A stretch of DNA of 64,000 nt from a virus (taxonomy: Duplodnaviria > Caudoviricetes). Under the pieces are notes generated by a model. It did not search any database. It saw nothing but the letters and a program-made list of their open reading frames with translations, and was not told the origin of the DNA. Below, one piece after another: positions 33,093 to 42,541 of this stretch (positions are counted from its first letter, which is position 1; every line of letters begins with the position of its first letter). A program made the translations under genes and the position numbers. The stretch lies in the IMG/VR virus record IMGVR_UViG_3300033073_001332, positions 155,554 through 219,553 of that record, one strand, 5' to 3'.

Positions 33093-33695
33093 ATGAGAAA
33101 GAAAAAAGAAAAAATGGAGTCACTAGATAAGAGATATATGTTGTTTATTTTTGGTGATTTCACAGAGATGGAAAATTTTATTGATGAGATTTCATACCAA
33201 CTTATTACGGTAGTATCAAGTCAATTTTTGAAATTCAATTATGGTGAGTTTGGAATGGTTTTACATTTTAGAACCAAAGAGACATTTACTGAATTGAAGG
33301 ACTATATTGACATGTGTTTAGATGGACAAGTGGAGCAATACTTTTTGATGGAAGCAACAGAAAACGTGGACATTAAAATGGACCGAAAATTGAAGAAAGA
33401 TTTTTTGAATATTGATGGAGTAAAAAAAGAAAACAAGAACAAAAAAGTAGATGTAGAAAAATTGAGTGAAGAAAAAGAGAAAAGAATAGGTAATATCATG
33501 GAATTTATTTTACCTTTGTCGGAAGAAAACTTTCAGTTTCCGATGACGTTTAAAAGACCTGAGTCACCTAAACCAACAGTGGACCAAATTTTAGATAAAA
33601 TATCAGAGAAAGGAATAGAGTCATTAACAAAAGAAGAGAAACAAATATTAGACAATTATGGCAAGAGAGAAAATGGAGGAAACCAAATCAACTAA
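33093..33695 (+). CDS. Protein with C-terminal DUF6576-like domain
   Basis: VDQILDKISEKGIESLTKEEKQIL. Confidence 0.6.
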   Translation: MRKKKEKMESLDKRYMLFIFGDFTEMENFIDEISYQLITVVSSQFLKFNYGEFGMVLHFRTKETFTELKDYIDMCLDGQVEQYFLMEATENVDIKMDRKLKKDFLNIDGVKKENKNKKVDVEKLSEEKEKRIGNIMEFILPLSEENFQFPMTFKRPESPKPTVDQILDKISEKGIESLTKEEKQILDNYGKRENGGNQIN

Positions 33696-34473
33696 TCCCC
33701 TTAATCAGGATGAAATTCAAATTTACCTTAAAGACATTCGTAAACTAAAAGTGATGACTCCTGAAAGGGAGAAACTTTTGGCAGAACGAATCTCCTCAAC
33801 GGATTGTACCGACAGAGAAAAAGAAGCAATTCAAAAAGAAATGCTTGAAGGTAATTTACGTTTTGTTATTACGGTGGCAAAACAATATCAAAATCAAGGA
33901 ATTGATTTATCAGACTTAATTGCTGAAGGAAACTACGGTTTAATGAAAGCAATCAAAAACTTTGATTGGAGTAAAAACAATCGATTTATATCATATGCGG
34001 TATGGTGGATTAAACAATCTATTCTACAAACTCTTAACGACAATTCTCGTACAATTCGTCTCCCAGTTAATGTCGTACAAGAGATGCAAAAAGAAAAACG
34101 GGAGAATGAAAAAACAAACAAGGAATTATCTGGTAAATTCGCATCACTACCTCGAATGATTGACCTTGATATGCACATCAACGAAGATGGTGACACTTTA
34201 ATTGACATCATCAAAAATGAGAACGTTGATGCACCTGATGAAATATTTGACACCAAAGATGTGTTGAAACAAAAGATGTTGGAAATCATGTCAGTATTGG
34301 ATGAACGTGAAAAAGTAATTATTGAAGATTACTACGGTATCACAGGTACTCCTCGTACATTAGAAGACATTGGTTCTGATTTTTCTTTAACAAAAGAACG
34401 TGTTCGTCAGATTAAAGAAAAGGCACTTCGTAAACTTCGTAACGAATGTTCAGATTTATTTGAATATTTATGA
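33658..34473 (+). CDS. Sigma-70 family factor, Bacteroidota primary-sigma-like, no region 1.1
   Basis: YLKDI (1.2), NLRFVITVAKQYQNQG, SYAVWWIKQSI (2), TLEDIG...TKERVRQIKEKALRKL (4). Confidence 0.92.
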   Translation: MAREKMEETKSTNPLNQDEIQIYLKDIRKLKVMTPEREKLLAERISSTDCTDREKEAIQKEMLEGNLRFVITVAKQYQNQGIDLSDLIAEGNYGLMKAIKNFDWSKNNRFISYAVWWIKQSILQTLNDNSRTIRLPVNVVQEMQKEKRENEKTNKELSGKFASLPRMIDLDMHINEDGDTLIDIIKNENVDAPDEIFDTKDVLKQKMLEIMSVLDEREKVIIEDYYGITGTPRTLEDIGSDFSLTKERVRQIKEKALRKLRNECSDLFEYL

Positions 34474-34480
34474 TAAAATA

Positions 34481-34512
34481 TTTGGCAGATGTCAGATTTC
34501 GTATTATCTTTG
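34481..34512 (+). promoter_or_regulatory. Bacteroidota-type promoter TTTG-N20-TATCTTTG
   Basis: TTTG 34481-84, TATCTTTG 34505-12. Confidence 0.75.
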
Positions 34513-34519
34513 TATAACA

Positions 34520-34685
34520 AACGATGAGGGTTAAATAATCACTGATGATATCTAAGTGATTGGTTAAGTAGAAGTGATTCAGGGCTGAAGAATCCTGAGT
34601 TGGTAGAAAGATGGAACACCATTAAGATACTAAGGTTCTACCCTACTTAATCAACCCAAATTGTTGGTTGAGGTCTACCCTCACT
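34520..34685 (+). ncRNA. Putative structured small RNA (~160 nt)
   Basis: Nested helices 34525-31/34677-83, 34560-71/34643-54, 34577-83/34594-600, 34602-08/34636-42; no real ORF; consensus promoter upstream. Confidence 0.55.
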
Positions 34686-35024
34686 ATCTTTTCTTATTAC
34701 CGTTTTTGTCATCAGGGTAAAATTATACGGGTCCTCCTCAATTAGTTTTAAAGGTATAAATAGATTATCGTTTTTATATCTTACTATAAAAACATCATTA
34801 TCTGTCAATTCACCCGTAACAATTTTAGTTGTTATTTCATCAATCGCCTTACCAATAAGTAAAGTAATATCTCCCTTTGAAACGTTTCTTTGTTTTTGTC
34901 TTTTTCCTGTGTGGTCATAATCATCTGACCTTAAATCGAAATTTATGAATATTTGAGACTTCATCTGAGTGATGCGTCTTTCAAGTAATAAATGTTTCCT
35001 AATAGATTCTCTTAATAATGACAT
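34647..35024 (-). CDS. Possible BECR/DUF4258-like RNase-fold protein with N-terminal leader
   Basis: DHTGKRQKQRNVSKGDI resembles HxxxRxxxRxI; minus-strand TATTTATA 4 nt before ATG. Confidence 0.55.
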   Translation of the reverse strand: MSLLRESIRKHLLLERRITQMKSQIFINFDLRSDDYDHTGKRQKQRNVSKGDITLLIGKAIDEITTKIVTGELTDNDVFIVRYKNDNLFIPLKLIEEDPYNFTLMTKTVIRKDSEGRPQPTIWVD

Positions 35025-35072
35025 ATTGTATAAATATTGATTAAAACTATTTATTAGTTATAGTTTTATATT

Positions 35073-36257
35073 ATGAAAGATAAATTATTACCCTGGTTTC
35101 TATTATTTTGCGCACTCGGTCTGTCAGGAACCGCAGCCTACTATAGTGTTGTAGGTCTATCTGTTGTGTTTGTTGGAGTGGCATTACCGGTAATTGTCAT
35201 GGGTTCCTTTTTAGAAATATCCAAACTTGCAATTGCGACATACTTACATGATAAGTGGAAAGAAACTTATGGGGTCTTAAAAATATATATGACAATTGCT
35301 TTGGTGACCTTGTCTTTAATAACCTCACTTGGTATCTATGGGTTATTGAGTACAGGGTTTTCTTCTAATATTGCAAAACTTGAAATCGGACAGAAGGAAG
35401 TAAAAAATATTGAAGTAAAAAAACAAAGGTTTGAAGAAATCAAAGGAGAATACCAAAAAGAAAAACAAACATTAGATAAAGACATCTCAAAGTTAAGAGA
35501 TGCGTTATCAAGTAATACCACAACTCAAAGTGTTGATAGACAAACAGGTCAGTTAGTTACAAGAGCAAATAATGCAAACAGAAAGTCATTTGAAACTCAA
35601 TTGACGATGGCAATTGAAAATCGTGATAAGATGTCTTTGAAAATAGATGCGTTGAATGATAGTATCACAAACTTGGACATTGAAATATTAGATAAAGAAT
35701 CTGCTGAAATTTCAGGTAATGAACTTGGAACCATTAAATACATAAGTGAACTTACTGGTTGGGGTGTTAAAAAAACGGCAAACATATTCATTCTTATTTT
35801 GATATTTGTTTTTGACCCTCTTGCAATCACTTTGGTAATTGCAACAAACCAAGCATTCAAAGCGAATAAAAAAGAAGAGGAGACCCCCCAAGTTACCCCA
35901 CAAGTCACCCCCCAAGTTACCCCCCAAGTCGAAGAAATAGTTGATATACCACAGGAAGATGAACCAAAAAATGAAGAAGTTGTTGTTCCTGAAAATTTAT
36001 TGACTTTTGGAGAAAATTTTGAATGGGATTTAAACGGTATTACGGAAGAAGAAGAACCCATAGTTGAAGAGATAATTGAAGAAGAAGAACCTATAGTAGA
36101 AGAAATCGTTGAAGAAGAACCTATTGAAGAGATAATTGAAGAACAACCAATTAAAGAGGAAGAACCCGTTATAGATGAAGAACCTAAACAATTAAGAAGA
36201 TTATCTTATTCAAATCGAAGTGCAAATGGAAATAATGTACGAATTAACAGATTTTAA
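35073..36257 (+). CDS. Multi-pass membrane protein with coiled coil and acidic repeat tail
   Basis: 3 N-terminal TMs, coiled coil, FVFDPLAI TM, TPQV and EEPIVEE repeats. Confidence 0.7.
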   Translation: MKDKLLPWFLLFCALGLSGTAAYYSVVGLSVVFVGVALPVIVMGSFLEISKLAIATYLHDKWKETYGVLKIYMTIALVTLSLITSLGIYGLLSTGFSSNIAKLEIGQKEVKNIEVKKQRFEEIKGEYQKEKQTLDKDISKLRDALSSNTTTQSVDRQTGQLVTRANNANRKSFETQLTMAIENRDKMSLKIDALNDSITNLDIEILDKESAEISGNELGTIKYISELTGWGVKKTANIFILILIFVFDPLAITLVIATNQAFKANKKEEETPQVTPQVTPQVTPQVEEIVDIPQEDEPKNEEVVVPENLLTFGENFEWDLNGITEEEEPIVEEIIEEEEPIVEEIVEEEPIEEIIEEQPIKEEEPVIDEEPKQLRRLSYSNRSANGNNVRINRF

Positions 36258-36825
36258 CCCTATTGGTGTTAGTCAAAAGAAAACACAAATAGTTCTTACC
36301 GACACAAAACGTGACGTTAAAAATTATATTCAGTCATTACGTTATAGATACAATAAAAAAAACCCATATCTTCCACATTACGTCATATCCAAAAAAGGCG
36401 ACATTTATAAGATAATGGAACCAAATATGTATTCAAATTATTTGGAAAACGAAACTTACGATAAAAAATCAATAATCATTTCTTTAGAAAACTTTGGGTG
36501 TTTGAAAAAAAATACCTTAGAAGATTCTTATGTAAGTTGGATTGGTGATATTTATAAAAAGAAGGCTTTTGAAAGGAAGTGGAGAGATTGTTTTTTTTGG
36601 GATAGATATGAAAAAAAACAACTTGACGTAATGGGTGAACTGATTATAAACTTATGTGATGAATTTAATATACCAAAAATCGCCATAGGTCATAATGTAA
36701 GACAGGATGGTGTTGAAAATTTTAAAGGAATTGCAACTAGAAGTAATTACGATATAAGTTTCAAAGATGTGAATCCAGCCTTTGATTTTAAATTATTAGA
36801 AAAAATATTGAAAGATGGTAAATGA
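36226..36825 (+). CDS. Amidase_2/PGRP-like protein, probably catalytically degenerate
   Basis: PHYVISKKGDIY, SIIISLEN, Q-L..LCDEFNIP, KDVNPAF pattern. Confidence 0.65.
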   Translation: MEIMYELTDFNPIGVSQKKTQIVLTDTKRDVKNYIQSLRYRYNKKNPYLPHYVISKKGDIYKIMEPNMYSNYLENETYDKKSIIISLENFGCLKKNTLEDSYVSWIGDIYKKKAFERKWRDCFFWDRYEKKQLDVMGELIINLCDEFNIPKIAIGHNVRQDGVENFKGIATRSNYDISFKDVNPAFDFKLLEKILKDGK

Positions 36826-37366
36826 ATATGATGAAATAAAAGCCTTGATTAAAAGGTCAAGAATGTTGATGGAACAACCTGAAGCTACTAATCTTGCAAA
36901 AAGTATTGAAACTGAAATTGATGCCGATGTTGAAATCGACAACGAAGATATTGATGTTGAAAAAGTAAAAAAAGATAAAAGTAAGACTTATCGTATTTCA
37001 GGTGGTTTGTTTACAATGCATGGTAAAGACAAAAAAGATTTGGAACTTACAACTGACGAAAAGACCGCGTTTCAAGAGACTATGGATGAGTTTGTTGATG
37101 AGGTGTCCGATTTATCTGATTTTGGTGTATTAAACCTATACCCTAATGAAGTTCAATGGAGTGGAAAGGTAATCGATATGGATATTGAGTTTTTCTATTC
37201 AATCGGTGAAAATAACGGGGTTTATATTAATGGAGACATGATAAAGTTAGATGAAAAACTAACAGAGTTAATTACAAAACTTACTAGCTTCTACGATAAA
37301 TTCAAATCAAAATGGGCGAAAGTCATTTCTCAAAGAAAGAAAACACAAATCAAAACTGAAGGATAA
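36815..37366 (+). CDS. Hypothetical protein
   Basis: 183-aa ORF, coupled to neighbours. Confidence 0.6.
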   Translation: MVNEYDEIKALIKRSRMLMEQPEATNLAKSIETEIDADVEIDNEDIDVEKVKKDKSKTYRISGGLFTMHGKDKKDLELTTDEKTAFQETMDEFVDEVSDLSDFGVLNLYPNEVQWSGKVIDMDIEFFYSIGENNGVYINGDMIKLDEKLTELITKLTSFYDKFKSKWAKVISQRKKTQIKTEG

Positions 37367-37716
37367 TGGAAGTTATAAAAAAATATTGGAAATATGTATT
37401 AATGGTCCTACTTGGTGTGGGACTATTGTATTTAGTGGTGTACTTAGCAACACCAAAACCACAAATGTCAGAATTAGACAAATATAAGTTGGAACAAATA
37501 GATAAACATATTGAACAACTTAAAAAACTACAAGAAAATTTGAATGATTCTTTAAGTGTGTATGAGAAAAAAATTAGTGAAATAGACGTTAAGATTTCTC
37601 ATATAAAAGTTGAACGTAAAGAAGTGAACAATTATTACACACAGAAAAAAGAAGAAATAAAAAATGCTGATAAACGACAAATCGATAGTTTGTTAAGAAG
37701 TAGATATAATTTTTAA
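37366..37716 (+). CDS. N-terminal TM + coiled-coil protein (i-spanin-like)
   Basis: Single TM then heptad coiled coil. Confidence 0.5.
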   Translation: MEVIKKYWKYVLMVLLGVGLLYLVVYLATPKPQMSELDKYKLEQIDKHIEQLKKLQENLNDSLSVYEKKISEIDVKISHIKVERKEVNNYYTQKKEEIKNADKRQIDSLLRSRYNF

Positions 37717-37717
37717 T

Positions 37718-38134
37718 ATGAAAAAGTTTATAACCATCCTATTATTTCTTTTGATATCCAATTTATCCTTTTCACAAAAGAAACCAAATATTGACACATC
37801 AGAAATGTGTATTCCTTATGGTGTAGCACAAAAGATGTTGTTGGACTTAAATGATTATGATAGACTAAAAGAGTTATCAAAATTAGATAAAGAAGAAATT
37901 AAACAACTTAATAATAAGATACTTTATCTTGAGAAGTCAATTACTACTTGGGAACAAAAAGATTCTTTGAGTAAAGAAATCGTTACAAAAACTGAGGAGA
38001 AATTCAAAATAATTTCAGACCAAAACGATGAGTTAAGAAAAGAAGTTAAAAAGTTAAAAGTTAAAAATACCTTTATTAGTATTGTAAGCGGAGCAGTCCT
38101 TTCAACATTAACCGTATTCAGTATTTTGAAATAA
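37718..38134 (+). CDS. Signal peptide + coiled coil + C-terminal TM (spanin-like)
   Basis: MKKFITILLFLLISNLSFS-Q; hydrophobic C-terminus. Confidence 0.5.
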   Translation: MKKFITILLFLLISNLSFSQKKPNIDTSEMCIPYGVAQKMLLDLNDYDRLKELSKLDKEEIKQLNNKILYLEKSITTWEQKDSLSKEIVTKTEEKFKIISDQNDELRKEVKKLKVKNTFISIVSGAVLSTLTVFSILK

Positions 38135-38382
38135 TGGCACTTACCAGTACAGAAAAAAAAGAAATTGAAACGATGATAAGAAAAGAAATAAAATCTTTTC
38201 TTAAAGCAGATAATATTAAACAATATGAAGACCATATTGCTGACGTCATTTCAAGGGAATTAAAAAGAGGTAAATTAAGAGGTAACATAAACGATATAGT
38301 TGTCGATTTAACCACAGAGTTCTACTACCAATTGTGGTCTAAGAAAAATCAATGGCAATCCGCGTTAAAAAATAAGAAATGA
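38134..38382 (+). CDS. Hypothetical protein
   Basis: 82-aa coupled ORF. Confidence 0.6.
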   Translation: MALTSTEKKEIETMIRKEIKSFLKADNIKQYEDHIADVISRELKRGKLRGNINDIVVDLTTEFYYQLWSKKNQWQSALKNKK

Positions 38383-38960
38383 GAATAGATAGAAATTATT
38401 TGGACCAACTTATTCTTGAGGCTTTGAAGAAAAAGAAAAAAGAAGAAGAGACTAAAGAAGCCACTGCGACTGGTGGGGGTTATGGTTATGTACCAGCATT
38501 AAGTTTATTTGCTAAAGATGATGTAGCAAGAAGTGAGTACAAAAAACCAAAAGCAAAAGAAGTCACAGAAAAAGAGGAATATTGTGATGCTTGTGATAGA
38601 GTTAAATCTAAATGCATATGTGCTAAAAAAGTGGAAGCTAATGAAATGACAGACTCATCTTCCGTTGGGGCGTACGACGCAAATAGTTTCCAAGATATAA
38701 ACATGAAAGGTAATACCGCAAAAGGACAAGGTCGTTCATGGAAAAAAACACAAATACCAGGAGGAGGATTTGTTAATATTAATAAGAAATGTAAAACATT
38801 CCCGTATTGTAGCCAAGGTAATAGTAAAGACAAACCTGTTAAAGTTTCTAAAACATCATCAGCTATGTTTGAAGCAATCAAAAACGTATCTTTAAAAACA
38901 GGACTTAGTGAAGAACAAATAAAAAATATACTTATCAACCACTTAGGTGATAATTTGTAA
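38379..38960 (+). CDS. Hypothetical Cys-motif protein
   Basis: CDAC..CIC and CKTFPYC. Confidence 0.6.
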   Translation: MRIDRNYLDQLILEALKKKKKEEETKEATATGGGYGYVPALSLFAKDDVARSEYKKPKAKEVTEKEEYCDACDRVKSKCICAKKVEANEMTDSSSVGAYDANSFQDINMKGNTAKGQGRSWKKTQIPGGGFVNINKKCKTFPYCSQGNSKDKPVKVSKTSSAMFEAIKNVSLKTGLSEEQIKNILINHLGDNL

Positions 38961-38981
38961 ATCTAATGATATTTATAAAGT

Positions 38982-40169
38982 ATGGAAAAAGAAATTAAAA
39001 AAATCGTGGATAGAATTTTATCTGAAGAAATCAAAAAAACTTCAAATAGAATCAAAAATAGAATCAATGAAAACTCAGGTATGTGCTCTGAATGTGGTGG
39101 AGCAATGTATGAAGGTGAGTGTATGGAATGTGGTTCTATGTATGAAGGAGACATCCAAGAATTAGGTGGTATGGACGACGGACACCCGAGATTTGGTAAA
39201 AAAAGATTCAAAAGTCCAATGTCTATAGAAGATATCGAAAGATTGCTTAGAGGTGATGATGAGGATATGGATACTGAAAAATTTGAACCTTTAGATGATG
39301 TTGATATGGATTTAGAAAAATTCAAACCAAGAAGAGATAGAGATATGGAAATCGATTTTGAAGAGATTGATGAGGAAGAAGAAGTTGAGGAAGGTAATGA
39401 ATTTTCTGGTGAATTGGCAAAGGCTAGAGAAGAAGGAAGAAAAACATTTACCGTTGACGGAAAAACATATCCTGTTAAAGAAACATATTATACGGTAGAA
39501 GGACAAGGTAATACTTTATTCACTGAAAATGAAATGATAGATATCATCGAAAAAATCATTAATGAGGAAAAACTTAAAGACGCTAAAGTTGCAACTTCTA
39601 ATGTGTTAAAATCTTCTTTAAACAAATCAGGTAAAGAAGAAACTGACTATATTGATATGGTCACAAAAAAAATGAAAGAATATTTGAAAGATGGTTCAAA
39701 AGGAAAATATGAAATGAATCCAAAACATTTTCCAAAAGGAAACGGTGAATTAGAAGAAATGGAAAAAATGGCATATATACCATCAGATGCTGTTAAAGAC
39801 TACACTAAAAACTTAACCGCAGCGGCTTTAGAAAACTTAGACTACGATGGAATTAATCCCGATGAAGAATGGGTAACTGATAATATTGAAGGTGCATCAA
39901 GAACAGGTAATAATCCGGAATGGGCAAATGCTGTTGAAACTGATGTTAATAAAGACAGAAATAAAATCAGAAAAGATAACATCTTAGCTAAAGTTAAAAA
40001 ACAAGCTTATAACAAAGCCCCTCAACCAATTGTAACTGATAAAAGTGGTAATAAAGTTGATAAGGCAGACCAATTGTTGATGAAATTGGAATCTACTGAA
40101 GATAAAAAAGTTCTTTCAGAAATTACAAAGATGAAAAATCTTATAGGTTACAATCAAAAAACACAATAA
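38982..40169 (+). CDS. Acidic, possibly head-associated protein
   Basis: Leader motif, CxEC repeats, TATTTATA 4 nt before ATG. Confidence 0.6.
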   Translation: MEKEIKKIVDRILSEEIKKTSNRIKNRINENSGMCSECGGAMYEGECMECGSMYEGDIQELGGMDDGHPRFGKKRFKSPMSIEDIERLLRGDDEDMDTEKFEPLDDVDMDLEKFKPRRDRDMEIDFEEIDEEEEVEEGNEFSGELAKAREEGRKTFTVDGKTYPVKETYYTVEGQGNTLFTENEMIDIIEKIINEEKLKDAKVATSNVLKSSLNKSGKEETDYIDMVTKKMKEYLKDGSKGKYEMNPKHFPKGNGELEEMEKMAYIPSDAVKDYTKNLTAAALENLDYDGINPDEEWVTDNIEGASRTGNNPEWANAVETDVNKDRNKIRKDNILAKVKKQAYNKAPQPIVTDKSGNKVDKADQLLMKLESTEDKKVLSEITKMKNLIGYNQKTQ

Positions 40170-40210
40170 TTTAATCTACAATTTATTTCGACCCATATTA
40201 TTATTGACCT

Positions 40211-40720
40211 ATGGATTACAATAATAATATGGGTCGTTTTTTTGATTGGTTAGCTAAACCAATGGATGAAGAAGACATCAATGCTTGGTATTTAGCAAAT
40301 AATATCACAATAGAACATACCGAGTTATTTAGAGACTTTTGTCTATCTTTCTACTATTTGATACTGGATACATACTTAGGTGATGATATTGACGTATCTA
40401 ATGAAACAAGAGTTGGTATGACAACACAACAAAAAAAAGACCACTTTACTTGGTGTTGGAAAAAAACAATCGATAATTTTAATAAAGAATCCATACACTT
40501 CGTATTCAACGAAGAGGACATGAAATTCTTTGAATCTTTCTTCTTTGAAATTTTTTATTTACAGAAAGACCAAAAAATAAAAGATAATGTCCAAGTCTTT
40601 TTAGAACAAATATTCAGTAGAAAATCAAAAAAATCAAAATCTGATATTGAAATTTTTACAGATTTATATAAACTATTAGAAAGGTCACTTAAAATCAAAC
40701 CTGAAAACTTTACATACTAA
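40211..40720 (+). CDS. Hypothetical protein
   Basis: 169-aa ORF. Confidence 0.6.
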   Translation: MDYNNNMGRFFDWLAKPMDEEDINAWYLANNITIEHTELFRDFCLSFYYLILDTYLGDDIDVSNETRVGMTTQQKKDHFTWCWKKTIDNFNKESIHFVFNEEDMKFFESFFFEIFYLQKDQKIKDNVQVFLEQIFSRKSKKSKSDIEIFTDLYKLLERSLKIKPENFTY

Positions 40721-40770
40721 GATAGGTGTGTATTTTTTAATAAAATAAATTTTTAGAATAATAACTTAAA

Positions 40771-40953
40771 ATGGAAACTTTAGAACAAATTAAAACACTC
40801 GTTGAAACTTTATCAGTAGATACTACTAAATTTTATGCGGGTAACAAATCTGCTGGTATTAGAGCGAGAAAAGTATCACAAGAACTTAAAGCAGCGGTTC
40901 AACAATTAAGAACAGAAATTTTAAATCACACAAAAGAAACAAAAAATGCATAA
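40771..40953 (+). CDS. Histone H1-like Hc1 family protein
   Basis: KFYAGNKSAGIRARKVSQELK matches Hc1 GNKxAxxRAR. Confidence 0.75.
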   Translation: METLEQIKTLVETLSVDTTKFYAGNKSAGIRARKVSQELKAAVQQLRTEILNHTKETKNA

Positions 40954-41143
40954 TTTTTTGAACTTTATTTTTGTTTTTATTTTTGTTTTCTCAATTCTTG
41001 GGTCTGTGAAAATGTTATTTAACTTTATAAGTTCGGTAATGTCCACACCACCAAAACCATTTGAAATGACAAACTACCAAACATTTATGAATGGTTGTTT
41101 CATTTCATACATAATAACTTATATCCTATACCTTTTAGCATGA
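40946..41143 (+). CDS. Small two-TM membrane protein
   Basis: Two hydrophobic segments. Confidence 0.55.
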   Translation: MHNFLNFIFVFIFVFSILGSVKMLFNFISSVMSTPPKPFEMTNYQTFMNGCFISYIITYILYLLA

Positions 41144-41577
41144 TTTATAGTCAATTTATTACCTCAACATCAAAATATCTTAAATCTGTTAGAATATTGA
41201 AAGACTATGTGACTTTTGATATGATGTTCCCAACAACATGGATGGTCCCTAAGACAGCACCTGAAAATATTGAGATTTTACAAAATCAAGATAAAGACGG
41301 CTCAATGGTGACTTCATTTGTATGTTTGAACAATGTGACTTTTATTGATTTGATTGAGGATATTATAGGTAAGGTTATAAAGACTAATATTGAAAGAGAA
41401 GAGAAAGAAAGATTGTTTAAAAACAAAGTGAGTGAATTAAAACAAATCTTCGAAAAAGAAAATTTAGAAAACCTTAAAGGTTTAAAATTTGATTTGGAAG
41501 AATTCGCAAGTTTAATTAATAATAGTGATGAACAGAATGACACCTCAGATAGAGAAAGAGTTGAAACAACTAAATGA
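41140..41577 (+). CDS. Hypothetical protein
   Basis: ATGA-coupled start at 41140. Confidence 0.6.
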   Translation: MIYSQFITSTSKYLKSVRILKDYVTFDMMFPTTWMVPKTAPENIEILQNQDKDGSMVTSFVCLNNVTFIDLIEDIIGKVIKTNIEREEKERLFKNKVSELKQIFEKENLENLKGLKFDLEEFASLINNSDEQNDTSDRERVETTK

Positions 41578-41734
41578 GGAACGAAAAAGACTGATGATAG
41601 AGGCTGAAGAGTATAAAAAAAATTTATACTCTCAGCTGAAATCAATAGATAAAAACGAAGTTTCAAACACAATTCAAAAAGAAGAAAAATATTCTTTATG
41701 GAAAAGAATACTGATGGCCTTGGGGTCGAAATAG
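41528..41734 (+). CDS. Hypothetical protein
   Basis: Small coiled-coil ORF. Confidence 0.5.
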   Translation: MNRMTPQIEKELKQLNEERKRLMIEAEEYKKNLYSQLKSIDKNEVSNTIQKEEKYSLWKRILMALGSK

Positions 41735-41919
41735 CGAAGTTAGCTGAAGTTGTTGAAATATTAGACAATAGTTTTTTCGCATCCAATGAAACTGAAATCA
41801 TTATAACCATAGACCAAAAAAAATTCAGTGAAATACTGAAATATCTCAATTACGAGACACAAGACGAAAAATGTATCATATCAATAGGTAATATGAATTT
41901 TACCTTTTTGAAAAAGTAG
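41698..41919 (+). CDS. Hypothetical protein
   Basis: 73-aa ORF. Confidence 0.55.
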   Translation: MEKNTDGLGVEIAKLAEVVEILDNSFFASNETEIIITIDQKKFSEILKYLNYETQDEKCIISIGNMNFTFLKK

Positions 41920-42541
41920 TCTTCAACCTGTATAATCTTTTTTTATCAAACCCCTTTTTTTCCAATACATCATACAACCACTTTCTTTGGGGTGTAGATA
42001 TGTCTTTAACAAAGATACCATCCTTTCTATTATTTTCATAAAAGTAAGTTTGACATATATCTAAAAACCTCTCAGCTTCATCTTGGTCCTTTAATGAGAA
42101 AAGATTTACGTCTTCATCTATTTGAACACATATTTTATTATTCAAGGTGAATATATTTTTTAACTCTTTTGATTTGCAGTAATTTTTTAAGAATTGATTA
42201 AAACTTATCTTTTCTTGTTTTTGCCAATCAAAAAGTAATTCCTCCACTTTGTATTTTTTTATATTCAAAAACACATACTCAGGATTTTCTAAATTTACCG
42301 GATTATTTCTACCGTACTCATCGGTTATAAATAAACTTGGTTGAAAGGATTGATTTTTAGTTAATAAACCTAGTTCATATTCACAAGGTTCTGCGTTTTC
42401 AATCTTCTTTTCAAAAATAATGTCGTTTTCTTCAATTAATCGTTTAAAACATGATAAAGCTTGTTTTTCTGTTGCATAACGTTTGATAATTTTTTTTCTT
42501 TGTCTATTCTTAAAAAGAACAATAATGTAGTTATCTTTCAT
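41900..42541 (-). CDS. Hypothetical protein
   Basis: 213-aa ORF; start codon overlaps the dnaJ start. Confidence 0.65.
   Translation of the reverse strand: MKDNYIIVLFKNRQRKKIIKRYATEKQALSCFKRLIEENDIIFEKKIENAEPCEYELGLLTKNQSFQPSLFITDEYGRNNPVNLENPEYVFLNIKKYKVEELLFDWQKQEKISFNQFLKNYCKSKELKNIFTLNNKICVQIDEDVNLFSLKDQDEAERFLDICQTYFYENNRKDGIFVKDISTPQRKWLYDVLEKKGFDKKRLYRLKTTFSKR

Noticed and set aside
34537-34625. Hammerhead ribozyme (CTGATGA and CTGAAGA...GAAA cores)
   Set aside because: Stem II and the stem III/cleavage triplet do not form correctly for either core by eye
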